Positions 27,491 to 38,352 of a DNA stretch of 64,000 bases are shown piece after piece. The stretch spans positions 1-64,000 of the IMG/VR virus record IMGVR_UViG_3300013006_000020; one strand, written 5' to 3'. The notes under the pieces were generated by a model. That model was not told where the DNA came from. It saw only the letters and a program-made list of their open reading frames with translations, and made no database searches. Position 1 is the first letter of the stretch. Each line of letters begins with the position of its first letter. Origin of the DNA: a virus. The position numbers were made by a program, and so were the translations under genes.

Positions 27491-28528
27491 GTGATATCAG
27501 ACTCTTTGGTTTACGCAGTAATATCGGGTGAGTTCTGCATAGAATGCAGTGGAAATTCTTACGTATTTAGACAGCCTGGAATTATCACATCTGCTAGAAT
27601 ATTTAATTCAAATAATAACACAGAAAAAAAGCTTAAAAAAGACGGATTTATTTCTAAAGAAGAGGAAAAAGAGCTTTTATATAAGCATGGGCTTTGGAGC
27701 GACGATCTTGAAAAAGAATTTGAAGAAGTAAAAAACTTTATCAAGGAAATCACACAGGCTCTTCCAAATTACCAGTTTAAAGCAATTGAAAAAAATTTAA
27801 TGCTTTCTCGTCGTAAAATGGCGGAAATTAGGATTAAAGAACTGCTTGATCTTAAGATGTCATTTTTTACACAAACAATTGACTACCAGCTTAAGAAAAA
27901 TCAAGCCTCATCATTATTGCCAAGCTCCGTATACAAAGACGGAAGTTTACTGTGGAAAGATCAGAAAAGTTTTGATGAAGAAGAAGATGTTGAGCTTGTA
28001 AATTGTTTAATTGGAGAGACTCTACAAGAGTTCTATTCTGAAAAAGAAATAAGAAAAATTGCACGCTCTGAGCCATGGAGATCTATTTGGAAAACTTATA
28101 AGGGCGGTGGTGGTGATTTATTTGGGCGACCTATTGCTGATATGGCAAAATCACAAAGAGATCTTACGTACTGGTCTAGTATATACGATAATGTTTTTGA
28201 AAGTCACGAGAGACCAGAGTGGTCCATTATAGATGACGACGAAGCTCTTGATAAATGGTTTGAAGATCAATATAATAAGACATCCAAAAAGATTACCAAC
28301 TTTACAACAAACCCAAGAATAGCTGGAGCGAAAGAGGTTTTCATTGTTGCACAAACACCTCAAGACGCACAAAAAGTGTATTCTACAATGAATTCACCGC
28401 TTGGTCTTGCAAGTATACAAAGCAGGAATAGGACACTAGAGGTCAAGGGTGAGGCAAAGGAACATGAGCTGCCAGATGTGCGCGCAGACATACAAATTCA
28501 GCAAAATAATTTGAGGATGAAAAAATGA
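27491..28528 (+). CDS. putative tail assembly chaperone, paralogue of 28880-29545
   Basis: Start moved to GTG 27491 (6 nt after CTATAAT); between tube and TMP. Confidence 0.55.
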   Translation: MISDSLVYAVISGEFCIECSGNSYVFRQPGIITSARIFNSNNNTEKKLKKDGFISKEEEKELLYKHGLWSDDLEKEFEEVKNFIKEITQALPNYQFKAIEKNLMLSRRKMAEIRIKELLDLKMSFFTQTIDYQLKKNQASSLLPSSVYKDGSLLWKDQKSFDEEEDVELVNCLIGETLQEFYSEKEIRKIARSEPWRSIWKTYKGGGGDLFGRPIADMAKSQRDLTYWSSIYDNVFESHERPEWSIIDDDEALDKWFEDQYNKTSKKITNFTTNPRIAGAKEVFIVAQTPQDAQKVYSTMNSPLGLASIQSRNRTLEVKGEAKEHELPDVRADIQIQQNNLRMKK

Positions 28529-28902
28529 ATTACAAAGAGGCGCGAGAAAGATTGCGTCTAATACAACAGCAAAAGCTGCAAGATCTTACCGAGCAGAAGT
28601 GCTCTGAGATTTTACAAAAATCTGCATGCTCAAGAATAGAAACCGTGTTTGTCGGCGCTGTTTCAAAAATAGAGGATTTCTTTGGGGTTCTCTGGGGAGA
28701 AAATGAAAAAATTGAAGAAGACCAGATGACCCCCGAGCAAAAGATATGGTTTAACAAATTTCTTGATTTGCGAGAGTCAATATTTGACCAGGGCAATAAA
28801 GAAAAAAAGAAGATGTCTAGTGATATTGCCAACTTTAAAATATCAATCATAGAAGCTAAAATAGAATTAGGAACAAACAATGGACGAAGTAAGAAAATTT
28901 GA
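28525..28902 (+). CDS. hypothetical protein
   Basis: ATGA overlap with upstream gene. Confidence 0.7.
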   Translation: MNYKEARERLRLIQQQKLQDLTEQKCSEILQKSACSRIETVFVGAVSKIEDFFGVLWGENEKIEEDQMTPEQKIWFNKFLDLRESIFDQGNKEKKKMSSDIANFKISIIEAKIELGTNNGRSKKI

Positions 28903-29545
28903 ATTTGAGAGTGTTAAATATAGAATTATTAAGCCAACAAACAAAATTCGCCGCGAAAGTGATGCGATTTATGCACGGGCATATAGAGAAGCTATAGCAA
29001 ATGGTCTTTTTCTTGAGGCTGAAGTCGAAAAAATATTAAAGGAGCGTGGGCTTGATCGTTATTCTCGAGAAGAAGAACGTCGTGAATGTGAAAAGAAAAT
29101 TGAAAAACTTCTTTTGAAGCTCAACACTATCGAAGACAAGACCACTGGCATGAAGATTGTTGATGAAATTCGCGCCGCACGCAAGACACTCGATGAGGTT
29201 GATAACGCTAGATATGAGCTAAACTCTCAGTCTGCGACCCTTTTTGCTGAAAACCGTAGATTTAACTACTATGCCTTTGCTTGCTGCTCCCGTGAAGACG
29301 GTGGTAAGATCTGGGCATCATTTAAAGAATTTGAGGAAGATGATTCTGCACTCGCAAATCGCGCCGCCTCTGAAATAATGTCTTTTATCTACGAAGGAAC
29401 TCAAGAAATTCTTCGCCAGATAGAAAAACTTCGACCAGAAAACGAATGGCTCGAAAGACATGGAGAAGAAGCCGATCAATCACCAGTTGTTGAAAAGGCA
29501 ATGGGTGAAAGTAAGCCAAAGAAGAAAAAGGCCTCAGTAAAATAA
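28880..29545 (+). CDS. putative tail assembly chaperone
   Basis: Charged helical protein before TMP. Confidence 0.55.
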   Translation: MDEVRKFEFESVKYRIIKPTNKIRRESDAIYARAYREAIANGLFLEAEVEKILKERGLDRYSREEERRECEKKIEKLLLKLNTIEDKTTGMKIVDEIRAARKTLDEVDNARYELNSQSATLFAENRRFNYYAFACCSREDGGKIWASFKEFEEDDSALANRAASEIMSFIYEGTQEILRQIEKLRPENEWLERHGEEADQSPVVEKAMGESKPKKKKASVK

Positions 29546-29580
29546 ACAAACTCTAGTGTATTTAATCTAGAGGACAGAAC

Positions 29581-32500
29581 GTGGCAGAGGACTTCTTTTT
29601 AAGATTTGGCGCGCTTGTCAACACAATTAACATAAATAAATCAGCTGTTGCACAGGCTGCAAAAGCTATCCAGGGCGCACTTAACCAAAAGGCTGCAGTT
29701 GAGGTTTCTGTTGACTTTAAACAACAAAACGCAGATGATCTATTCAAGCAACTAGCCCAAGTTGCAGCAGAGGCTAAAAAGATCATAAATGATCCGAAAC
29801 TGAAGGTTGGTGCTGGTAGCGGAAAAAATGTAGATGATCTTTTGCGGTCAGTAAGTGCTCTAAAGGGCGCATCAGCGGGTGTTCGAGAAGCAATTCGTTT
29901 AATACAATTAAGTCCAAAAACATTTCAAGACTCACAAGATCTTGTAACACTTTTTCAGTATCTCGGAGAAGAACTTAAAGTTCTTCAAAGGGACGCAAAA
30001 AAGGCAATAAAACTTGAATTTGATACAGACGCAATAGATAAAGCACTAGAAAAAACAGAAAACTTAAAAACAAGACTCGGAACAAGACAGCAAGTTTTAG
30101 GATCATCAATAGCTCAGTTTATTCGCGCACGATCAGCTCAAGAAGAGCAGCGCGCACAGCTTGACCCATCTTATGTTGCAAAGTCTAGAGATGACGTTCG
30201 ATCTGAAGCGCTTACATTATTTGATCCATCTTCAGTAAACAATCTACGAGAAGCCAACGATCTTATAAATAAAGTTCGAGACGCAACGCAAAAAATAAGT
30301 GCGGAAAACTTTAAAACATCTAAAGATGTAAAAGACGCAAATGCTGCATCTAAGGTGCGCGAATCAAACGCAAACAAGATCTACAGTGTAGAGCAGCAAA
30401 TAAAAAAAACCGTAGAGGAACAGCTCAAACTAGAGGCTGCACGAGCAACCACCGCAGCAAAGTCTGGAACAGTTTATAAGGCAAAAACTGCCGCAGAACT
30501 AGAGGCTGATATTCGTGCACGGCCAGAAGTGGCTGCTGTTCTTTCATCACCGGGTAAAACCACGGGACTAGACAGAAGAAAGGCAGAAGATGCTGTTAAG
30601 GCTGAGGGTGTTGCCGCTAAGAAAGAATCAAAAGATTTACTAGATAAGCTTACATCAAAAGAAAAAGAGCGATCAAAGGCATTACTTGACCAATTAAGAT
30701 TTAGAGAATCGCTTCGCCCAATAATAGAAAAAGAAATAGCTCTTGAGCAAAAGCTGGTTGAGCTTGATAGGCTTAAAGGAAAAACAAGAGTTGCAAGAAG
30801 TGATTTAGATATTACTTCTAGTGTTGAGAATCAATTTGGTATTATTGCCCCGGGGGCTTCAGCAGCGTCAACTTCTGATATAATTAGGGCAAACTCTCAA
30901 AGAGCAGCTCTGTCTAGATCACAGTCTGACAATGAAAAAAATGTAAATAAAGAAATCGCGCAACGACAGGCTGTTCTTGATAATGAAGCAAAACAGCGTC
31001 AAAAAATACGTGATCGTGTTCGTGAAACATATGAGTCTCTTGTTAAGTTAAATAATGAGGTTGCTCGTAAGGCTGGTCCTGGATATACAAAGCTTAGCAA
31101 TTCTGAGCTTGCAAAACAAGCGCTTGAGGTAAATAAACTTACTGGCGTAAATATATCAAATCTAACTGGTGGATCACTTGAGGCTACGGTTGCAAGAACC
31201 ACAAAAACATCCAAAGAAGCAAAGGCTGCTTTAAAAGAATTTAATCAAGCTCTTCGTGATGTAGAAGGTGGTCGCCAAAGCACAATTCAATTTATAGCAA
31301 GATTCGGAAATGGGTTTGAAAGACTTGGCGCTCAAGTAACTATAGCCACTCAAAGAATAGCCGCCTATACAATAGGTGCATCTGGAATTTATGGTGCTGT
31401 TACCTTCATTAAAGCATCAACTAGTGAGTTTTTCAAGCTTGAACAGCAGTTAACAAAAGTTCGTCAGGTACTTGGAGACACCGTAGAAAACAACAGCAAG
31501 ATCAAGCAACTTTCTGAGTTTATAAAAAACCTAGGCACTTCTCTTGGTATTGCACCAAGTGATATTGCTAGCGGAGTTGCTTTACTAGCACAGGCTGGTT
31601 TTACTAACGTAACTGAGCTTCAGGGTGCAATAAGTGCTATATCTGAAGCTAGACTAGGCCCATCTTTTGGTTCACAAGAACAAACCGTCGATGGATTGAT
31701 TGCTGTATACAGACAGTTCAATCTTACCCTTACTGACACACGAAATATTCTTGATCTTGTAAATCAGTTTTCTAAAGATTACGCCGTAGAATCACAAGAT
31801 CTATTTGAAATTGTAAAGCGTGGTGGCTCTGCATTTGCTGAACTTGGCGGAAATTTTCAAGAGTTCCTGCAGATATCTTCTGCACTGAGACAACAAACAA
31901 GAGAGTCAGCCTCGGTAATTGGTACTTCGCTTAAGACAATTACAACATCTCTATTTAAGCCTAAATTTGAACAGTTTATTGGTCGTATAGATCCAAAGAT
32001 TTTACAAGAACTTAATCCATCGCGAAGGCTTCAAGCTGTAGCAAAACTTTTTCAGACACAGTTTGGTACTGAAACAGAAAAAGTATCAGCTATATCTCAA
32101 TTTGTTGATGTCAGAAACGCCTCTCGTGTACTTGCCCTTTTTGAGGCGATAAATTCACAAGCCGAAAATCTAGAGAACACAGTAAACAAAGCCTCAGGAT
32201 CTGTTCTTCGTGACGCAAAGACTCAGCTAGAAACAGTTGGAAAAGCATTAGAGAGGGCACAAGTTGCCCTTCAAGAGGCTGCGATTGGGCTTATTGACAA
32301 TCCGTTCATAAAAGATATATTTAGATCTGGTGCTAATTTAGTCAGCGGTGCCATTGCTCCAGCTTTGAAAGCTACCGCACCAGTCGTAGGTCCAGCTGCT
32401 GCAGCAACAGCAATATTCGCCCTTACCAACATTATTAAGGCTTCGTTCACCACGTATAGAGCGCTTATTAATAATAATAATAGATTGATTACTGGCCTTG

Positions 32501-35304
32501 ATACAGTAAACCGTACGATATCGATACTTAATAATAACATAGCTGGTAGTCTTGGTGGTTCTTCAATTTCGCCTGGCGGTGCCGCTGGTGGCCGCGCTGG
32601 TGGCGGCGCTGGTGGCGGAAAAGGTGGTCTTTTAAAGAGTACAATATTTTCGCCCCTAGGACAAGGAGCTGGTTTATTTCTTGCCTCCGCTGGTCTATCG
32701 AAAATATCTGAAGTACTAACTAATCTTGAGGCCTCAAATGATCGACAAAGACTTGGGAACGAAGCAGTTGCAGCTGGAGTAAGTGTTGCTGGTGCTGGTC
32801 TTGGTGGTGCTGGATTGGCTAGACTTTTTGGTCTTGGGGTGCGTGGAACAGCCGCTGGAGCCGCTGTTGGTGCTGGTCTTGAGATTATTAATCAGTTCAG
32901 TCAAAAAAACCAACAATTAAGATTAAAGCAAGAGCAAAAAATCCAAGAGCAACAGTCTGCTAGACAAAATCTAACAGCTGAATTTATATCCACAGGAAAG
33001 ATAGCTCAAGGTGGAACCCCTACCTTTGGACCAAACATAGAACGGTTTTTCCTTGATAAAAATGGACTACCACAAAGAATAGACGCGTTAATATCTCTAA
33101 TAATTAAGAGAGAAGGAAATGTAACTGGCTCACTTGAAAATTTGGTTAGAAGATCTGATCCAAATTTAACGTCAGAAAAATTAGCAGAAACAGTCAAGGA
33201 TTTGGCTAGTCCTGAAGGTGGTGGCACTCAAGCCCTTGAATTGCTTCGCCAGTCATTAAAAAATGCTTTTGTAAGAGCGAGAAATCTTGGGTTAACAGGT
33301 GCTAAAGCAGACGAGTTTGTTAAAAAAGAGCTGCAGACATTACTTTCAAGACCATCAGAAGGTGTAATAGTACAAGGCGCTGAAATAGAAAAAGTATTTG
33401 GTGCTCTTGTTAAACAATTTGGCAGAGTAGGAAGGGCCTCACAAAATCTAGATGAGGTGCTTGATACGTACTCACAAAGTCTAGAGCTTTCTTCTGCAAA
33501 GATTTTTGCTTCTCTTGGTCAAGTTAATAGGTCATCGCAGCTTCGTCAAAACATAAGAGGTAGAAACGCTCTTGGGTCAGATGCCCTGTCTTCTGTATTT
33601 GGAACTAGCTCATTTACTCCAAGAGCAGCGGAGATTTCCCCATTTACATCTGACGCTTCGATGCTTCAGGGTTTTGGACTATCACCATTAGTCACACCAG
33701 CATTGCAGAAAAGCATAGATAAAATAAATACCTTGGCGGAACAGTTTAGGTCTGATAAGTTTGCTGGGGGCGCGCCACCACTTTTCGTTGCGCAACAAGC
33801 AGCATTGACTGCGTCACAGGCTGGTGATGAAACTACACAAGATCTTCGTGGTAGAGAATCTGAACTGCAAAAGCGTTTTGAGCAATTAGCTAAGTCTGGC
33901 GAGGCAAATGTTGGAGAAGCTTTACTAGGTATTGATAAATTAAGAGAGGCAAGAATAAGTTCTATTAATGAGCTTATTAAAGAGCAAAACGAATATTTAA
34001 AAGATGCCGTAGCTCTTTCTGATCTAGCAAACCAGAAAAGATTCCAACAGCTTGATGCACAAAAGCAAATAGTTGCCACACAAGATTCAATAAAAAGACA
34101 ATTGCTTGAGATAGATCGTGCGAGTGGAAATATTAACGAGAAGCAATTCCAAGCTGGTGTTCGTGCTATTAAACCACAGCTTCCTGGTGTTGCTACAGGG
34201 CTGTTGACTGGTGGACCTGGAGGATTTGCAGGACTTGGTGGTGTTCTTGCAGATGTTCAAAGGGCCTTTGCTAACTTTTCCGATAATATCTCTAGAGGTA
34301 ATTTTGCCCCTGGAAACAGGACTGGGTCCGCAAGCTCACCAGGTGCCTTTGGTTCTTTTATTAATAGTATAATACAGTCAAATAAATTAGCTGTTGGTAC
34401 AGTAAATGTAGCAGAAACAGACCCAAATAAGCTCATATCAGATGTCACAAGAGCCTTTAACGAAACTAAAGCTCTCATACCAAGACTTTTCGATGAGTTT
34501 GGAAACTATCTAGATGCTTCTAGACAAGGCGTACTTGAGCAAATTCAAATAGTTCAAGGTCAATTGCAGGCGAGTCTTGGTTTTAGCAAGGATATTGTAA
34601 GTAAGGCATTTGGTGGAACACCAGATGATCAAGCCCTTGCGCGACAAGAAATTGAAAAAAACCGAGATAACCTTAGAAGGCTGGCTTCTGAATTGCAAGG
34701 TGCTGGTTTTAAACCAGCAGATCTTACCCCAGAAAAAATAGTAAATAATCCAGCTCTTCAAGCAATTGCAGAAGATTTTGCTCGTAGGATTGGTGCAACT
34801 GGAGATTTCCTTGGAACTACTGGTTTAGCTCAAGGCGCTGGCAGCGCTACATTACAAGGCTTTGCTTTTACAGGCAATCAACTTAGTGATGTATTAAACT
34901 TCGGTCAGAATCTTGTGCCAAGCTTAACAGGTTTCAATACTGGAATAAAAGACAGCTTTAATGAAATAACAAAACTAAAAGCAGAGCTTACAAGTATTGG
35001 CCAATCTCAAATAGATCTGCAAAAAGAATCAATTAAAGTTATACAAGAACAAACTTCGCTAGTTCAGAAAACCGCAGATACTCTTGCAAAAGCCCTAGAG
35101 GGTGTTCCAGATACAATAACCTTTAAGTTTGAAGGCTTAAGCGATATTAATCTTAAATTTAACCTATCTAGTGCCGAACAGGATATCCAAAATATCAAAA
35201 ATGTTGTTGCTGTACAAGTAAGTGAGTATATCAAAAACGCACTTAATACAGCCGGCTTTAATATATCTTCATTTGTCTTCCCAGTAGCCCCACCAGCAAA
35301 GTAA
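29581..35304 (+). CDS. tail tape measure protein
   Basis: 1907 aa Ala/Gln/Lys-rich helical; TP901-type core (FFKLEQQLTKVRQV...LAQAGF...TRESASVIGTSLKTI). Confidence 0.9.
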   Translation: MAEDFFLRFGALVNTININKSAVAQAAKAIQGALNQKAAVEVSVDFKQQNADDLFKQLAQVAAEAKKIINDPKLKVGAGSGKNVDDLLRSVSALKGASAGVREAIRLIQLSPKTFQDSQDLVTLFQYLGEELKVLQRDAKKAIKLEFDTDAIDKALEKTENLKTRLGTRQQVLGSSIAQFIRARSAQEEQRAQLDPSYVAKSRDDVRSEALTLFDPSSVNNLREANDLINKVRDATQKISAENFKTSKDVKDANAASKVRESNANKIYSVEQQIKKTVEEQLKLEAARATTAAKSGTVYKAKTAAELEADIRARPEVAAVLSSPGKTTGLDRRKAEDAVKAEGVAAKKESKDLLDKLTSKEKERSKALLDQLRFRESLRPIIEKEIALEQKLVELDRLKGKTRVARSDLDITSSVENQFGIIAPGASAASTSDIIRANSQRAALSRSQSDNEKNVNKEIAQRQAVLDNEAKQRQKIRDRVRETYESLVKLNNEVARKAGPGYTKLSNSELAKQALEVNKLTGVNISNLTGGSLEATVARTTKTSKEAKAALKEFNQALRDVEGGRQSTIQFIARFGNGFERLGAQVTIATQRIAAYTIGASGIYGAVTFIKASTSEFFKLEQQLTKVRQVLGDTVENNSKIKQLSEFIKNLGTSLGIAPSDIASGVALLAQAGFTNVTELQGAISAISEARLGPSFGSQEQTVDGLIAVYRQFNLTLTDTRNILDLVNQFSKDYAVESQDLFEIVKRGGSAFAELGGNFQEFLQISSALRQQTRESASVIGTSLKTITTSLFKPKFEQFIGRIDPKILQELNPSRRLQAVAKLFQTQFGTETEKVSAISQFVDVRNASRVLALFEAINSQAENLENTVNKASGSVLRDAKTQLETVGKALERAQVALQEAAIGLIDNPFIKDIFRSGANLVSGAIAPALKATAPVVGPAAAATAIFALTNIIKASFTTYRALINNNNRLITGLDTVNRTISILNNNIAGSLGGSSISPGGAAGGRAGGGAGGGKGGLLKSTIFSPLGQGAGLFLASAGLSKISEVLTNLEASNDRQRLGNEAVAAGVSVAGAGLGGAGLARLFGLGVRGTAAGAAVGAGLEIINQFSQKNQQLRLKQEQKIQEQQSARQNLTAEFISTGKIAQGGTPTFGPNIERFFLDKNGLPQRIDALISLIIKREGNVTGSLENLVRRSDPNLTSEKLAETVKDLASPEGGGTQALELLRQSLKNAFVRARNLGLTGAKADEFVKKELQTLLSRPSEGVIVQGAEIEKVFGALVKQFGRVGRASQNLDEVLDTYSQSLELSSAKIFASLGQVNRSSQLRQNIRGRNALGSDALSSVFGTSSFTPRAAEISPFTSDASMLQGFGLSPLVTPALQKSIDKINTLAEQFRSDKFAGGAPPLFVAQQAALTASQAGDETTQDLRGRESELQKRFEQLAKSGEANVGEALLGIDKLREARISSINELIKEQNEYLKDAVALSDLANQKRFQQLDAQKQIVATQDSIKRQLLEIDRASGNINEKQFQAGVRAIKPQLPGVATGLLTGGPGGFAGLGGVLADVQRAFANFSDNISRGNFAPGNRTGSASSPGAFGSFINSIIQSNKLAVGTVNVAETDPNKLISDVTRAFNETKALIPRLFDEFGNYLDASRQGVLEQIQIVQGQLQASLGFSKDIVSKAFGGTPDDQALARQEIEKNRDNLRRLASELQGAGFKPADLTPEKIVNNPALQAIAEDFARRIGATGDFLGTTGLAQGAGSATLQGFAFTGNQLSDVLNFGQNLVPSLTGFNTGIKDSFNEITKLKAELTSIGQSQIDLQKESIKVIQEQTSLVQKTADTLAKALEGVPDTITFKFEGLSDINLKFNLSSAEQDIQNIKNVVAVQVSEYIKNALNTAGFNISSFVFPVAPPAK

Positions 35305-35305
35305 A

Positions 35306-35908
35306 ATGACAATACAGAGCACAACAATCGCCAACCTGATTACCTATGGCGCTTACGGTGTCTCTAGTGGTACTGCAACTATATTTGCCTCTGGCTCTCC
35401 TGGTTTAAGCATAGGCGCCATGCCTATGTACATTGGCACTGTTGAAACACCAGCAACGGGCACCGCCACACTTTTTCTTTCCGCAATGGATCAGTGTGGC
35501 ATTTGGAATGGCGGACTGAGACAGCAGTGGGAAACATACAATAGCTCAGTACTAGAGCAATGGCAAGTAATACCTTCTAGCTGCACTCAGGGTGCGTATA
35601 TAACAAAGTCCACATCTGTTTTTATGTCTGGCACAAGTACAGGAAATTACAATGTACAAATGCCGTTGTTCTTGTACGCTAGTGGAGATGGCATTATCAC
35701 TAGTTCAACTACTGCTTTTATGTACGCGCCAGCCTTTCAAAGCGCTACTGGAACTGTATTTATTGGAGGATATGGTGTTGCTACTGGAGTTACAACAATA
35801 GCAATTTCAGGTGAATATGCTAGCTCTACAGGCACAGCAACCGCATTTATAGGTGGCCTTGAGGTATCAACTCTTGAGGTAGAACTTTATATTTCTGGTA
35901 TAGAATGA
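35306..35908 (+). CDS. putative tail-associated protein, S/T-G rich
   Basis: Repeated TATxFxxG beta motif; after TMP. Confidence 0.6.
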   Translation: MTIQSTTIANLITYGAYGVSSGTATIFASGSPGLSIGAMPMYIGTVETPATGTATLFLSAMDQCGIWNGGLRQQWETYNSSVLEQWQVIPSSCTQGAYITKSTSVFMSGTSTGNYNVQMPLFLYASGDGIITSSTTAFMYAPAFQSATGTVFIGGYGVATGVTTIAISGEYASSTGTATAFIGGLEVSTLEVELYISGIE

Positions 35909-35923
35909 GGTGTATAAAATAAT

Positions 35924-36763
35924 ATGGGAACTTCATTTTTAGGACAAACTCCAAGTCAAACATATAAAGATATACTCCAGATATCTAATTCCAATAACGG
36001 CATGCCCACAACACTGCGCGCCGTTTCCGCTGGTAATGGAACTGACTCAGCTCTTCAAATATGCACCACTGGAATTGATGTAAATGGGGTTCTTTCAATT
36101 AGCGGCACCCGCTTAACAGCAACAGCAGCACAGTTAAATAAAATTAATATAAACGGATCAGATGGTGAGGTCGAATCCAACAGAGCCATTGTTGCTGGCT
36201 CTAATCGCGATGTTGCTTTTAACGGAGGAATTATAAGCATGGCTGGGTCTGGATTGTACCAAAATGGAACAATTAGAAATCTAGCCATTGAAAGCTTTGC
36301 GTTTGCTGGGTATCAAGTAAGCTCTACTGGATCTACTGCTACAGGATCTTTTGTTATTTATCCAGCAAGCGGTAGCACACAAAAAGTAATCCTTAATCAG
36401 CCACTAACCCAAGTATCAATTGCAAAATCACCTTTTCAAGATCAAGACGCAAGCGGAACCACAGGTCTTCCGTCCACGTACATGCGTGATTATAGGGTAA
36501 CTTTATTTACAGTTCAGGATGCGGCTGGTAATAGAGAGGTTGATTTTAATGCTTCTATTATTTGGCCAAGAGAACAATGGGCTAGCGGATACTCAAAACC
36601 TCGAATTAATTACCCAGTAACAGCAACAGGAACACAGATTGATGGATTTGAGTTTTATAGTTTTGATTATGGCACTACATGGTATGGAAATAAAATAATT
36701 TCTTCTATGGCAGGATCAAGTGCAGGACCATTAGACTCTATAATTGATGGTGGGACATATTAA
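35924..36763 (+). CDS. putative tail/fibre-associated protein
   Basis: GQTPSQTYKDILQ start, VQDAAGNREV..WP..YSFDYGTTWYG, IDGGTY end. Confidence 0.6.
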   Translation: MGTSFLGQTPSQTYKDILQISNSNNGMPTTLRAVSAGNGTDSALQICTTGIDVNGVLSISGTRLTATAAQLNKININGSDGEVESNRAIVAGSNRDVAFNGGIISMAGSGLYQNGTIRNLAIESFAFAGYQVSSTGSTATGSFVIYPASGSTQKVILNQPLTQVSIAKSPFQDQDASGTTGLPSTYMRDYRVTLFTVQDAAGNREVDFNASIIWPREQWASGYSKPRINYPVTATGTQIDGFEFYSFDYGTTWYGNKIISSMAGSSAGPLDSIIDGGTY

Positions 36764-36774
36764 GGTAGGAACAA

Positions 36775-38352
36775 ATGGCAATAGTACTATATAACGGTAA
36801 ATATATTACCCCAGCACCGCTTTACAGCCTTTCCGAAAGCTTCACACGAACCTCGGATGGCACTGTACTATCATCACAATTTGAAATAACATTAAACGGC
36901 ACTCTTTTACCCGACAGAGGATCTCCAGGTCCGACAGGGCAACTTTTCACAACTTTTGCCACCGCAAATGCTGTTGATACATCCATAAACACAGACGATA
37001 AAAGATTTGGATCACTTGTAAAGAAGCAAAGAGCTTTAAGAGATCTTTTTACTATAAACCCAGGTGAGCCTGATACTGGAACTACAGCCGTAAAGAATGC
37101 AACAGAATATCTTCTCGAAATAAAAACTGATGATGGAACAACAACAGTTTTAAAATGTAAACCTCAAATAGCCAGCGTTTCTTTTGCTGATTCAATCCAT
37201 GTAATTAGGACTGACTATACAATAAGCGTTGTAACGAATGAAATTTTAATAGACGGATTTAATCCAGTAAATCCAACATTCTCTCAATTTGACGGATATA
37301 ACCTCAAATCAGCATCAGATTCGATAACTGTTTCTTCTGATAACGATTTTGAAAATTCTTATTCTGTAAATAGAACAGTATCCGCACAGTCATACAAGGC
37401 ATTTGCTACAGAATATGCAGCAACAGGAAACTATGCCCCGTTTTCAAAAGCTCAGGAATGGGTGGCTAAAAGAGTTTCTCAGACTGGTCTTATTAGCCCA
37501 ATAACTTTCTATAGTTTGTATTCACCCAAGTCTGGATATGAATACGTTGGTCACCAAACATCGGAGCAAATGGACCAGATTGGTGGTTCATATTCAATAC
37601 AGCAGTCTTGGAAATTTATAAAGACAACTACAAGCGGTGTGCAAGATGACTTTAATATAACAATGACATCTAGAGCTAGTGGACCAAATTCAATAAGCCG
37701 ATCTCATGGATACGATAAAGTATTTAGAGTTGCTGGTGCCATAAAGGGCATTGCCCCTGGTGCAACCGGATATCAAAAATCAAAAGACTATTTTGAAAAC
37801 ATTATTGCCGCAAATAATTTTGCCATCCTAAAGACTCGTATTACCGAAACAGGATCATTAACTAATCCGTATGTGACAGGATCAAGTTATATTTATGGAC
37901 CTTATGGGATGACGATTTCAGAGAATCGTCGTTCTGGTACTGTTAATTACGAAGGAGAATTCAAAGAAAAAACAATTGATCTTACCAGCACCTCCTTTAT
38001 TGATTTTGATGTGAATGTAAGTCAAAACACAAAAGAAAATTTTGTTGCAGAAATACCAGTTCCAGGAAGGACGGCTGGTCCTGTTATCCAAGATATAAAA
38101 ACCACAAACACAACGAAAAGAAACATCTCTGCTAGTTTTGTGATTGGCACAGGTACAAAAGCTGACTTTGATTCTGTAGAAACATATAGAACACAAGCCA
38201 AAACAGTCCTAAGTACATTAAAAGTCTATCCCACAGGAACCCAAGGTACACATTACTGGTTAACATCATTTAATGAATCTGTTGATATCTTTAAAGGAAC
38301 ATATTCTTTTAATGCTACAACTCTCACACCGGGTGATGGGGGCGCTTTATAA
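36775..38352 (+). CDS. putative distal tail/baseplate protein
   Basis: 525 aa beta-rich in tail module. Confidence 0.55.
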   Translation: MAIVLYNGKYITPAPLYSLSESFTRTSDGTVLSSQFEITLNGTLLPDRGSPGPTGQLFTTFATANAVDTSINTDDKRFGSLVKKQRALRDLFTINPGEPDTGTTAVKNATEYLLEIKTDDGTTTVLKCKPQIASVSFADSIHVIRTDYTISVVTNEILIDGFNPVNPTFSQFDGYNLKSASDSITVSSDNDFENSYSVNRTVSAQSYKAFATEYAATGNYAPFSKAQEWVAKRVSQTGLISPITFYSLYSPKSGYEYVGHQTSEQMDQIGGSYSIQQSWKFIKTTTSGVQDDFNITMTSRASGPNSISRSHGYDKVFRVAGAIKGIAPGATGYQKSKDYFENIIAANNFAILKTRITETGSLTNPYVTGSSYIYGPYGMTISENRRSGTVNYEGEFKEKTIDLTSTSFIDFDVNVSQNTKENFVAEIPVPGRTAGPVIQDIKTTNTTKRNISASFVIGTGTKADFDSVETYRTQAKTVLSTLKVYPTGTQGTHYWLTSFNESVDIFKGTYSFNATTLTPGDGGAL

